From IMG/VR virus record IMGVR_UViG_3300033512_000032, positions 1 through 58,368 of that record: a DNA stretch of 58,368 bases. One strand, 5' to 3'. The stretch comes from a virus. The position numbers and the translations under genes are program-made. The number at the start of each line of letters is the position of its first letter. The first letter of the stretch is position 1. Positions 7,582 to 15,176 of this stretch are shown here, in pieces. The notes beneath the pieces were generated by a model. The model did not search any database and had not been told where the DNA came from. It was given only the letters and a program-made list of their open reading frames with translations.

Positions 7582-7815
7582 ATGGAAACAGCACGGAGAT
7601 CAGAGATCCGAGACCCAAAATCTTACCGCAGGAATCAACTCAAATCGCGCCAATTAAGCCCGAAACAAGAGGTATCGCTACGTGAGTACAAAGCATTTGC
7701 TCAACTCATCTATGACCTACCAGCCACAGCAGTAACAAGTTATCATATCTGCACTGCGAAATTTATCAAAGTGATAATGGACATGCAGACTGCTTCAATG
7801 TCGGTGAGTCACTAA
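7582..7815 (+). CDS. Hypothetical protein (77 aa)
   Basis: ORF preceded by TAGAAAGGAGAATTAAA. Confidence 0.7.
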   Translation: METARRSEIRDPKSYRRNQLKSRQLSPKQEVSLREYKAFAQLIYDLPATAVTSYHICTAKFIKVIMDMQTASMSVSH

Positions 7816-8054
7816 TGGAAAAGTCAACCCCTGTACCACTTAAAGAGATGTCCAGTGCTGTACGACCACAGAAAGAAAAGTATTCAGTTACAGTTAACTG
7901 GAACGGCGAAGTAATGACCCACTATACTCGGGCCTTTAATGAAGCCCAAGCAATCCGTAATGTGACTGCGAAAGTAGCAGATATTGTTGGTTACACAAGG
8001 TACTGCGTGCGACAAAAGTTAAAGCAGTTTGAAGTGAAGAAAATAATAGACTAG
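7815..8054 (+). CDS. Hypothetical protein (79 aa)
   Basis: ORF whose start overlaps the upstream stop (TAATG). Confidence 0.65.
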   Translation: MEKSTPVPLKEMSSAVRPQKEKYSVTVNWNGEVMTHYTRAFNEAQAIRNVTAKVADIVGYTRYCVRQKLKQFEVKKIID

Positions 8055-8118
8055 TGGTATTAACTACCGGTTGCGTTACTCCGGACATCAAAGGTAACGG
8101 CATAATGTGAGGTTATGC

Positions 8119-8155
8119 GGAGTCTCACTAGATCGTGGTAGTCTAGTGGGACTCC
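8119..8155 (+). promoter_or_regulatory. Strong intergenic hairpin (14-bp stem) containing GGAGTCTCAC
   Basis: GGAGTCTCACTAGA / TCTAGTGGGACTCC pair with one G-T wobble and a 9-nt loop. No U-tract follows, so this is not a classical intrinsic terminator. Confidence 0.7.
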
Positions 8156-8173
8156 AACTAAAAAGGATTAATT

Positions 8174-8599
8174 ATGCAAGAAGACCTTAAATTAAAAATA
8201 GATTGCTATCAAAGACTTTTAGGCGCAGCCAAAGAATTAGCATTAAGTGATATAGTTCAGGGGTTGAGCAAAGAGGTCCTCGAATATGGTAGATCTTTAG
8301 GAGATCAGAGGGAGCTCCTGGACTTGTCACATTGGGACCCGCTTCATTTTCATAGAGGCATCACAGCGGAATTCCAGGTGTATAGTAAGTACATTAACAG
8401 AATGTCTGTTGGTGCCCAGTGCCAGATAGTAAAGATAAATAACGCAAACTACCCATTCCCAGAGATCATATCAATGATGCTGGAACAGGGTGACTATTGG
8501 GAGGAAGATATTCCTGTTATTGTTGCTTTTGCACTGGCATACCTTAACGATGAAATGAAACCAACTGATGGTAGATATGATCGGCAGTCGTGGTATTAG
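8174..8599 (+). CDS. Hypothetical protein (141 aa)
   Basis: ORF with AAAAGGA upstream. Confidence 0.7.
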   Translation: MQEDLKLKIDCYQRLLGAAKELALSDIVQGLSKEVLEYGRSLGDQRELLDLSHWDPLHFHRGITAEFQVYSKYINRMSVGAQCQIVKINNANYPFPEIISMMLEQGDYWEEDIPVIVAFALAYLNDEMKPTDGRYDRQSWY

Positions 8600-8613
8600 A
8601 GGTCCATTAACAG

Positions 8614-8862
8614 ATGCCAAATAACATTAGCATTCATAAATATAAACGGAAGTACAACGTAAAAGTATTCTGCACTGCATGTGAGACGTGGAGATATGAG
8701 GTCTGGACTATGAGGCCTGACATGAAAGAACCGAGAGTCCCCTGTATCAACTGTAGGCCTCTATTTAGAATAGACTTTGAAGAAGGTTCAGAGAACATGA
8801 AAAGATTCAACCCAATTCCTAGTACTAAAAGAAAGGGGGGAAGGTATGAACGACACGCCTAA
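8614..8862 (+). CDS. Hypothetical zinc-ribbon-like protein (82 aa)
   Basis: ORF with a GAGGT RBS and the Cys pairs CTAC...CINC. Confidence 0.65.
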   Translation: MPNNISIHKYKRKYNVKVFCTACETWRYEVWTMRPDMKEPRVPCINCRPLFRIDFEEGSENMKRFNPIPSTKRKGGRYERHA

Positions 8863-9028
8863 AAGTAAATTTGTTGCACCACTGTCTGACATCATGGATC
8901 TGCTGGACTATGTAAAGCACGACTCATGGAGATGCGGGTACACAGGGAAATGCCATTGCGGGCTGGATGATTTAATGGACAAATTGGGGCTTGAGCGGAT
9001 ACCGCTGCCGAAGAAAGGGGAATGTTGA
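8846..9028 (+). CDS. Hypothetical protein (60 aa)
   Basis: ORF with the RBS AAAGGGGGGAAGGT. Overlaps its neighbours. Confidence 0.55.
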   Translation: MNDTPKSKFVAPLSDIMDLLDYVKHDSWRCGYTGKCHCGLDDLMDKLGLERIPLPKKGEC

Positions 9029-9198
9029 TGAAGCAAAGCAATCACGTATTTTTAACACTTGAACCGCACGAGCTTGAAGTAGTGGTACACGACTACCTCA
9101 AGCGAAAAGGTATATTGAAAGAAATACCCAAGGATGCAGAATACAGGTTATTTGACAGCGTTGAGGTTTGCATTGAATATATGTGGGGTGACGTATGA
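9028..9198 (+). CDS. Hypothetical small protein (56 aa)
   Basis: Hand translation MKQSNHVFLTLEPHELEVVVHDYLKRKG.... ATGA/TGATG coupling at both ends fills an otherwise empty gap. Confidence 0.55.
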   Translation: MKQSNHVFLTLEPHELEVVVHDYLKRKGILKEIPKDAEYRLFDSVEVCIEYMWGDV

Positions 9199-9548
9199 CC
9201 GACTACACTTTAACAGACGAACAGCGCAAGATGCTGACTGAGTTTATCGGAGAGGAGTGGATTGATGATGAACCCTGGTGGGACGAAGACAATAGAATAA
9301 ACCACTATAATAGTGCATTTGACACCGCCTCCGACATGATGGCCTTGCGTAAGGCGTTGAGGGAGAAGGGGAGATGGGCAGACTTCTTATCATTCGCCTT
9401 TTTTGAAGTTAATCCAGAAGATAAGACAGAACTATGTGAAGACGCAATTAACGGAAGTTTCTACTCAGTTGACTTCATGGCCTACCTCGACGAAGACGTT
9501 GAGAGATTTTGCTGGCTGTGCTGTAGATTCTTGGAGGAAAGACAATGA
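9195..9548 (+). CDS. Hypothetical protein (117 aa)
   Basis: ORF coupled by ATGA overlaps at both ends. Confidence 0.7.
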   Translation: MTDYTLTDEQRKMLTEFIGEEWIDDEPWWDEDNRINHYNSAFDTASDMMALRKALREKGRWADFLSFAFFEVNPEDKTELCEDAINGSFYSVDFMAYLDEDVERFCWLCCRFLEERQ

Positions 9549-9979
9549 AAATAATAAAGTTCAGAGCGTGGAATGGTGGAAATAGCGAATGGTTATCTCC
9601 GTCAGACATAAAAATACTTTGCGACAGCAGTATGGAAGTTTTAGGAAATAAAGCACTGCCCCTTGATTTATTTCATGATTACTATCCACTGATTACAATA
9701 GAGTCCTTCACAAACGTAACTGATACTCACTTCAAAGAAGTGTATGAAGGAGATTTGGTTAGAGTTTATAATTACAATGCTCAAATACAGAAAATTGATA
9801 TAATTTACAAAGTTATATGGAGATGTGTTCAGTTTGAGCTTGTAGTTGTCAAAGTAAATAAATGGGAAAAGTTTAACGTCCCTGCTCCTGAAGTTGGAGA
9901 TGCTGTCTATTTAATAAATATCTTACAATCAAGAATGTTTGAAGTTATTGGAAATATCCATGAAACAAAAACAACCTAA
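9545..9979 (+). CDS. YopX-like protein
   Basis: N-terminal MKIIKFRAWN and C-terminal FEVIGNIHE are the hallmark ends of the YopX family (recalled from memory, not searched). Confidence 0.6.
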   Translation: MKIIKFRAWNGGNSEWLSPSDIKILCDSSMEVLGNKALPLDLFHDYYPLITIESFTNVTDTHFKEVYEGDLVRVYNYNAQIQKIDIIYKVIWRCVQFELVVVKVNKWEKFNVPAPEVGDAVYLINILQSRMFEVIGNIHETKTT

Positions 9980-10130
9980 CCACTGCAAGGGATGCGGAAA
10001 CTGGCACAAAGCAGGGCATCATGAAGGCACTGCACTGCATGGCAGCAAGTACGATAACTGGTGCTGTAAGTACGGCAAACACGCACCGAAGGCAGTTTCG
10101 ATCTGTATTACGCAAGGAGGGAAGAAATGA
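9960..10130 (+). CDS. Hypothetical Cys/His-rich protein (56 aa)
   Basis: ORF track gives 9939..10130. I prefer the ATG at 9960 (MKQKQPNHCKGCGNWHK...). Confidence 0.5.
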   Translation: MKQKQPNHCKGCGNWHKAGHHEGTALHGSKYDNWCCKYGKHAPKAVSICITQGGKK

Positions 10131-10450
10131 ACAAGAAAAACTATTGTACATTGCCAGTCAGCAAGAAGCTAGTTGAGGCTGGTATTGTGATTGAGACGGA
10201 TGCTGTGTGGGTTCGATTTAAAAGTGGCTGGCAATTAATAAAAAGGGATAGCGAATACATATACACCGACAGAGTCCCCGCCCCGACCTTCGCTGAGGTG
10301 TGGAAGGAGTTGCCAGAAGACACTTGGATTAGGAAATGCGACGGAAAAACAAAGATAATGAATGAAGATAATTCTTTCGTAACCGACAGCACCAACCCCA
10401 CAGATACGGCAGCACTGCTTTATATTTGGATTAAGGAGAATGAAAGATGA
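10127..10450 (+). CDS. Hypothetical protein (107 aa)
   Basis: ORF with an AAGGAGGGAAGAA RBS and an ATGA overlap. Confidence 0.7.
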   Translation: MNKKNYCTLPVSKKLVEAGIVIETDAVWVRFKSGWQLIKRDSEYIYTDRVPAPTFAEVWKELPEDTWIRKCDGKTKIMNEDNSFVTDSTNPTDTAALLYIWIKENER

Positions 10451-10611
10451 TACTTAATACGATTGTAGTAGTATTTCATTTGGTGTCTTTAATGGGTACG
10501 GTATCGGCATTAATTGTTAACTGGAAAAATTACGATACTAGAGAATGGATTATGGTATGTTTTTGTTGGTGTTTTTCATCTCTAATCTTGTTCTTAATTT
10601 TAATTATGTAA
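10447..10611 (+). CDS. Hypothetical small membrane protein (54 aa, two hydrophobic helices)
   Basis: Hand translation MILNTIVVVFHLVSLMGTVSALIVNWKNYDTREWIMVCFCWCFSSLILFLILIM. ATGA-coupled to the upstream gene. Confidence 0.55.
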   Translation: MILNTIVVVFHLVSLMGTVSALIVNWKNYDTREWIMVCFCWCFSSLILFLILIM

Positions 10612-10622
10612 TGGAGTAAGCC

Positions 10623-10862
10623 ATGACAGAAGAAGAAGCAAAAAAGAAAGTCTGCAAGATAGTTCCAGTATGTATTGAAACTGAAAGTTCAACTGGTGGA
10701 AAGAATCGACTGTTTTATGATACGATGATTGTTCGTTGTGTTGGTGCAGATTGCATGATGTGGAGATGGATTAAGGAACACGATGGCATGAAATTTGGTA
10801 CTGGTGTGCAGAAATATTTGCCGCTAACAAAGGGATACTGCGGACTAGGAGGACGACCATGA
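10623..10862 (+). CDS. Hypothetical Cys-rich protein (79 aa)
   Basis: ORF with a GGAGTAAGCC RBS. Confidence 0.65.
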   Translation: MTEEEAKKKVCKIVPVCIETESSTGGKNRLFYDTMIVRCVGADCMMWRWIKEHDGMKFGTGVQKYLPLTKGYCGLGGRP

Positions 10863-11500
10863 CATTAGATACAACAAACTATGAAGAAGTACTATCATTT
10901 TCAGCTGCAGGTCACGTGGTCACACTCAAGAATTACCAGTATGCAAGGGCAATTCTTCTTAAAGAATATCATAGTACTATTATCCAAGATGCGAGGGACT
11001 TGTCTATTAAGAAAACCCTGGATGAGCTACGCCATATGGTAACTAAAATATTGAAACTAAGTTTGCACGAACATCCAACGCGCAGCTTATTAGAGATCAA
11101 AGACAAGAGGGAACTCGCTGATAAACTCTGGCCTATGCTACTAGTTGTTGGTAGAGCAACAAATAATAAAGTTCTCAATAGAACTAATAGAAATGCAAAA
11201 CTACCTACACATACAACTTACTTCTGTGACTATATTCCAGGTGAAGACCCAATGTTAGATCTTAACTATATTAAACTACCACCACAAGCGAGAGTTCTAG
11301 TTGATATGTTAGTCGATAAAGTACAACCAACAGGGAACTCCGGTATTCCTGAATTCCTGTTGCGCAAATATCTTGCTGAGTTATATGCTGATGGAATACT
11401 AAAAACTAAACAACCACTTTGGGATATATGGTCTTATTATGTAAACATATTAACAGCGAAAGGTTTCGTTGATGTGAAAAAACCTAGTAAAATAACTTAA
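10859..11500 (+). CDS. Hypothetical protein (213 aa)
   Basis: ORF that is ATGA-coupled. Confidence 0.75.
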   Translation: MTLDTTNYEEVLSFSAAGHVVTLKNYQYARAILLKEYHSTIIQDARDLSIKKTLDELRHMVTKILKLSLHEHPTRSLLEIKDKRELADKLWPMLLVVGRATNNKVLNRTNRNAKLPTHTTYFCDYIPGEDPMLDLNYIKLPPQARVLVDMLVDKVQPTGNSGIPEFLLRKYLAELYADGILKTKQPLWDIWSYYVNILTAKGFVDVKKPSKIT

Positions 11501-11514
11501 AAAAGGAGAACTAA

Positions 11515-11853
11515 ATGGAAGAAGAAAAAGAAGTAGTAGAAACAGGGAAAGAAGAGAAAAGAAATTTGGGGCAAATATATATCAGACTTGAAGGTATATA
11601 TGAAGCTGACGTACAAGTAGAAGAAGGTGTGCACGTACAGGCCTTCTTGTTGAGATTCACAGATATAAGTGGTAATGAGTTCATGTGTCCGTTAACGTGT
11701 CAAGAAAACTATAAAGATACCTTACGTAAGTACCTTGGTAAGTTGACGCCTCTTCATCTGTCGTTTGGTTCAAAGGACACAGAAAAGAAAAGTGAAGGTT
11801 CAGATCAGATTATCGACATGGAAGATACTTCGGTAAACCGGGAGGTACACTAG
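11515..11853 (+). CDS. Hypothetical acidic protein (112 aa)
   Basis: ORF preceded by AAAAGGAGAACTAA. Confidence 0.7.
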   Translation: MEEEKEVVETGKEEKRNLGQIYIRLEGIYEADVQVEEGVHVQAFLLRFTDISGNEFMCPLTCQENYKDTLRKYLGKLTPLHLSFGSKDTEKKSEGSDQIIDMEDTSVNREVH

Positions 11854-12050
11854 TGGAATCAATCACAGGTTTAACCGTGAAATTAGTCGGTGAAGATGGT
11901 AACGCCTTTGTTATTCTTGGCAAATGTAATACAGCCATGCGAAAAGCTAAAATAGACCAAGTTACTATTGAGAACTTTACTAAAGAAGCAACATCTGGTG
12001 ACTATGATCATTTACTGCAAACTTGCATAAAGTACTTTGATATTGAGTAA
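11853..12050 (+). CDS. Hypothetical protein (65 aa)
   Basis: GTG start with a GGGAGGT RBS 6 nt upstream. Overlaps the upstream TAG by 1 nt. Confidence 0.6.
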   Translation: MESITGLTVKLVGEDGNAFVILGKCNTAMRKAKIDQVTIENFTKEATSGDYDHLLQTCIKYFDIE

Positions 12051-12052
12051 AA

Positions 12053-12130
12053 CTTCGGTGTAAATAGTGCAACTTTCGTGATAAATAGATTATCTTCGAG
12101 GTGTACAAAGTTAAATTAACAGTATATAAT
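12053..12130 (+). promoter_or_regulatory. Promoter P2 (two box A copies, box B CTTCGAGGTGTACA, 17-nt spacer, TATAAT)
   Basis: CTTCG-type boxes at 12053, 12073 and 12094, about 20-21 bp apart. TGTACA at 12102..12107 and TATAAT at 12125..12130. Confidence 0.7.
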
Positions 12131-12163
12131 GTACCTAACAAAATAAAAAGAAAGGAGATTATC

Positions 12164-13156
12164 ATGGCAGATTATGTAGAATCAATGGCTTACAGGGGTG
12201 ATAAACCCTGGCACGGCATTGGTTTCCCGATCCACGAAGCAACGACACCGGCAGAAATGCTGAGATTAGCGGATTTAGATTGGTCGGTAAGTAAAAGACC
12301 TTTATACACCCCTGTTTCAAGTGAACGTGTAACTAAACCCGCGTTAATGGCGTTCAATGATCTTTCAGCATTGGTCCGAGATTCGGATAACAAGATCCTC
12401 GGTGTGTGTGGACCGCGTTATCAGCCGTTTCAGAATTCAGAGACATTTGAGTTCTTTACTAAGTTTACAGAAGCAGGGCACATGAAGATGGAAGTCGCTG
12501 GGTCATTGAAAGGAGGTTTATGGGTATGGGCACTTGCACGACTTGAAGGTCCTGCATTTCAATTAATGGAAAGTGACCCGAACTATTCTTATCTTCTTCT
12601 TGTGTCACCACATGTATGGAGTGAAGCAATGACTATTATGTTTACTTCAGTGCGTGTAGTTTGTTGGAACACTTTAACGCAAGCGTTGAATAAGAAACTT
12701 TCAGAGAAATTCAGGTTTGTGCATTCTAAGGCCTTTGTTGATGTCAAAGCATTAGCTGAACTTTCAGTCGAACAAGCGATGATTCATAAAGCAGTTTACG
12801 AACAGAAAGCAAAGATACTTTCTGAAGTAAAGATTGTTGATGTAACAAAACTTTATAAGTATGTAGCTGCTATTATGCAGCCAGATCTACTGATAGATGG
12901 TGAGGTAAAACCTACTGACTTTGGTAAACCAGCCACGCAGGTTCTATCAAATGTATATGGAGGTCCGGGGTCCAAGTTACCTTCTGCGTTGATGACGTGG
13001 TGGGGCGCATTTAACGCAGTGACTTATTTCTTTGATCATCAAATTGGTCGTAGTGGTCCTGATAAACGGCTATATGAGGCCTGGGTAAATCACAGTACAT
13101 CAGTTAAGAAGCGGAATGCTTTTGAATTAGCAGTACAATATGCACAAGCAGCGTAG
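12164..13156 (+). CDS. DUF932-like (phage/plasmid-like) protein
   Basis: ORF track starts at a GTG at 12101 inside promoter P2. I prefer the ATG at 12164 after AAAGGAGATTATC. Motifs KPWHGIG, GPRYQPFQN and RVVCWNTL resemble the DUF932 / TIGR03299 family (from memory). Confidence 0.6.
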   Translation: MADYVESMAYRGDKPWHGIGFPIHEATTPAEMLRLADLDWSVSKRPLYTPVSSERVTKPALMAFNDLSALVRDSDNKILGVCGPRYQPFQNSETFEFFTKFTEAGHMKMEVAGSLKGGLWVWALARLEGPAFQLMESDPNYSYLLLVSPHVWSEAMTIMFTSVRVVCWNTLTQALNKKLSEKFRFVHSKAFVDVKALAELSVEQAMIHKAVYEQKAKILSEVKIVDVTKLYKYVAAIMQPDLLIDGEVKPTDFGKPATQVLSNVYGGPGSKLPSALMTWWGAFNAVTYFFDHQIGRSGPDKRLYEAWVNHSTSVKKRNAFELAVQYAQAA

Positions 13157-13181
13157 TCTCTTGATGGAAAAGTCTTGAGAC

Positions 13182-13219
13182 TGGTGTGGTGAGTAAGTGG
13201 AAAGCTGAAAACCACACCA
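13182..13219 (+). terminator. Candidate weak terminator or hairpin after the DUF932-like gene
   Basis: TGGTGTGGT / ACCACACCA form a 9-bp stem with a 20-nt loop, followed by TTAATTA. A second small hairpin AGTCTC/GAGACT lies just upstream (13155..13182). Confidence 0.35.
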
Positions 13220-13258
13220 TTAATTATGATAAGACTGGTGCAAAAAAAAATAAAGTAC

Positions 13259-13316
13259 CTTCGATGCAAAATAGATTAACTTCGGGGTGTACAAAGTTTA
13301 AAAAATAGTGTATAGT
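13259..13316 (+). promoter_or_regulatory. Promoter P3 (box A CTTCGATGCAAAATAG, box B CTTCGGGGTGTACA, 17-nt spacer, TATAGT)
   Basis: TGTACA at 13288..13293 and TATAGT at 13311..13316. CTTCG boxes lie 21 bp apart. Confidence 0.7.
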
Positions 13317-13407
13317 GAATTTAACAGAGCGTGAGAAAGAAGAGTCAAATTAAAAAATAAATGAGAAAGAGAGGTGAATATATAATAATATTGTTAATGA
13401 GTTATTC

Positions 13408-13430
13408 CACAGGACTCCATTAGTCTCACG
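13408..13430 (+). repeat. 23-bp conserved element CCACAGGACTCCATTAGTCTCAC, copy 1
   Basis: Identical to 26175..26197. Both copies are preceded by ATGAG and followed, after 2 nt, by TATAAA. This copy lies in the long leader of gene 13483. Confidence 0.9.
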
Positions 13431-13482
13431 GTATAAATAAGTGTGTTAATTATTATAAACCAAAATAAAAAGGAGAACTACC

Positions 13483-13923
13483 ATGTCAGAAAACACAGTA
13501 AAAGAAAACGCGAAAGTAAACGGAGAGAAGAAAGCAGCACCCGAAGTAAAACCTAACCCGATGGCACCTAAAACAGTTGTTGTTCCCGGCAAACCCGGTG
13601 ATGAAAAGAAAGCACCTCGTGCACCGAAAGTCGCTAAAGCCGGCAGCAAATTTATTTTATTGAAAGAACTCGAAGAAGCCACCAAGATGCCGTTGCAGTG
13701 CAAACAGATCATCGGCATTCTGTCTGCTGCGCCTGGTAAAGCTCTGGGTCGCGAGGACCTTCTTGCGAAGATGGTTGCCTTTCCGATCGTAACTCGTCAG
13801 CCGATGGAACGGATCCTTGGTTTCTATCAGTCTCGCCTGGTAAGTGGTAACTGGGTCAAAATTGAAGCAGTTATTAAACCGGTTGTAGCCGCTCCGGCAG
13901 TAGAAGCAGAAGCAAAAAAGTAA
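13483..13923 (+). CDS. Putative DNA-binding protein with a histone H1-like Lys/Pro/Ala-rich N-terminus
   Basis: 146 aa with a strong RBS (AAAAGGAGAACTACC). The N-terminal 55 aa are rich in K, P and A; the C-terminal half is globular. The DNA-binding role is inferred only. Confidence 0.55.
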   Translation: MSENTVKENAKVNGEKKAAPEVKPNPMAPKTVVVPGKPGDEKKAPRAPKVAKAGSKFILLKELEEATKMPLQCKQIIGILSAAPGKALGREDLLAKMVAFPIVTRQPMERILGFYQSRLVSGNWVKIEAVIKPVVAAPAVEAEAKK

Positions 13924-13946
13924 TCATGGCCACTATTGTAGTGGTT

Positions 13947-13995
13947 AACCGGAAAGAGCGAGCAGCATATCGCGTAAGTCTTAATCTTTCCGGTT
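13947..13995 (+). terminator. Hairpin or attenuating terminator after gene 13483..13923
   Basis: AACCGGAAAG / CTTTCCGGTT form a perfect 10-bp stem with a 29-nt loop, followed by ATTCTT. Confidence 0.45.
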
Positions 13996-14017
13996 ATTCT
14001 TAAATAGAAAGGAGAAG

Positions 14018-14761
14018 GTGATGTGCCCAAATGATTTTGGAAAGATTGTAGATAAAACATATCTATCAGTTGACTTAGCAGAACGTAGAGGTTTTCTGCA
14101 TCGGGACTATATCGCGCATTGTTTCCGCTGGTCGCATGTTATAAAGTTTCTTAGTGAAAAGAAACGATACGAATCCGCACATATCCTTGATATAGCATGC
14201 GGAAAAGAAACACCGCTTCTTAAAACCCTGTATTCATCACGTCTTATACCACAGTCTTATTGTGGCATCGACTTCGGTCCTATTAATCCGCCAGATCCCG
14301 CACTTATGAAGAAGTTCCCCGTAACTCTTTATCCTAACTATAATATCCTCGACATTGAACCAACTAAAGGTTGGACGCAGATTGCCATGTTTGAATGTTT
14401 GGAGCACATGGAAGCTGACATGGGTCGTGAGGTCCTCAAGCATATACAAGGGTTCATGACCTCTGGACAGACAACGTTCTTTATGTCTACTCCCTGTTTT
14501 GATGGACACAAGGCTGCCAACCATGTCTACGAGAGAACGTACGAAGAACTACGCGAATTGCTACTTACGTTAGACTATAAAATAGTAAATGTCTGGGGGA
14601 CTTTCGCCTCGATTAAAGATTACGTAGATCATTTTACATCAGAGCAAAGAGAAATCTTTGATGAACTGCGAGAGTACTATGACTCGAATGTTTTGTCTGT
14701 GATCTTTGCGCCTATGTTTCCTGAATATTCACGTAATGCTTTATGGCAGTTAACAATTTAA
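14018..14761 (+). CDS. Class I SAM-dependent methyltransferase-like protein
   Basis: Motif I-like ILDIACGKE, an acidic beta-2 end YCGIDF, and IAMFECLEHM typical of small-molecule type methyltransferases. No DPPY or PC DNA-methyltransferase motifs. An ATG at 14021 is an alternative start. First gene of the nucleotide operon. Confidence 0.65.
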   Translation: MMCPNDFGKIVDKTYLSVDLAERRGFLHRDYIAHCFRWSHVIKFLSEKKRYESAHILDIACGKETPLLKTLYSSRLIPQSYCGIDFGPINPPDPALMKKFPVTLYPNYNILDIEPTKGWTQIAMFECLEHMEADMGREVLKHIQGFMTSGQTTFFMSTPCFDGHKAANHVYERTYEELRELLLTLDYKIVNVWGTFASIKDYVDHFTSEQREIFDELREYYDSNVLSVIFAPMFPEYSRNALWQLTI

Positions 14762-14762
14762 T

Positions 14763-15176
14763 ATGCTGAACTATAAACCTTTGGAGGATTTTATGATTCA
14801 CGAAGTAATAGAGTTCAATGCTAAAGTACTAGGTATTGAACAGAGGCCAATTCACCTTTTATCCGAAGATGAAAAAGATTTCTTGGAGAGAGCACTCTAT
14901 GAAGAAACGTTTGAGTTTCAAGATGCTCATACTACAAGTGATATTGTTGGTGTGGTTGATGGGTTGCTTGATCTTTGTTACTTTGCAATTGGTGGACTGT
15001 ACAGGTCTGGTCTTACCGAGTTGCAGATAGAAAAGTGCTTCACTGTAATACACCAAGCTAATATGCAAAAGCAAATTGGTATACAAAAAAAGCGTGGTGG
15101 TAAAGCAATTGATGCAGTGAAACCTGAAGGTTGGAAACCTCCGGAAGAAAAGATAAAGGAGATACTTAATCTATGA
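14763..15176 (+). CDS. MazG/HisE-like all-alpha NTP pyrophosphohydrolase
   Basis: ExxE-type motif LYEETFEFQDA and DGLLDLCYF (DxxDxxY) in a 137-aa helical protein. Confidence 0.65.
   Translation: MLNYKPLEDFMIHEVIEFNAKVLGIEQRPIHLLSEDEKDFLERALYEETFEFQDAHTTSDIVGVVDGLLDLCYFAIGGLYRSGLTELQIEKCFTVIHQANMQKQIGIQKKRGGKAIDAVKPEGWKPPEEKIKEILNL

Noticed and set aside
8055-8173. Possible tRNA or tRNA-like gene in the structured intergenic region
   Set aside because: Several hairpins are present, but there is no GTTCRANNC T-loop, no 7-bp acceptor stem pairing of the ends, and no cloverleaf spacing.
12101-12163. Upstream GTG start of the DUF932-like ORF given by the ORF track
   Set aside because: The GTG lies inside the -35 element of promoter P2, so it would not be transcribed as part of the mRNA. 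The ATG at 12164 has a proper RBS.
13362-13424. Micro-ORFs crossing the 23-bp conserved elements (also at 26168..26203)
   Set aside because: The two copies are read in different frames by the respective ATGs, giving MRKRGEYIIILLMSYSTGLH and MRPQDSISLTL. The conservation is therefore at the nucleotide level, not the peptide level.
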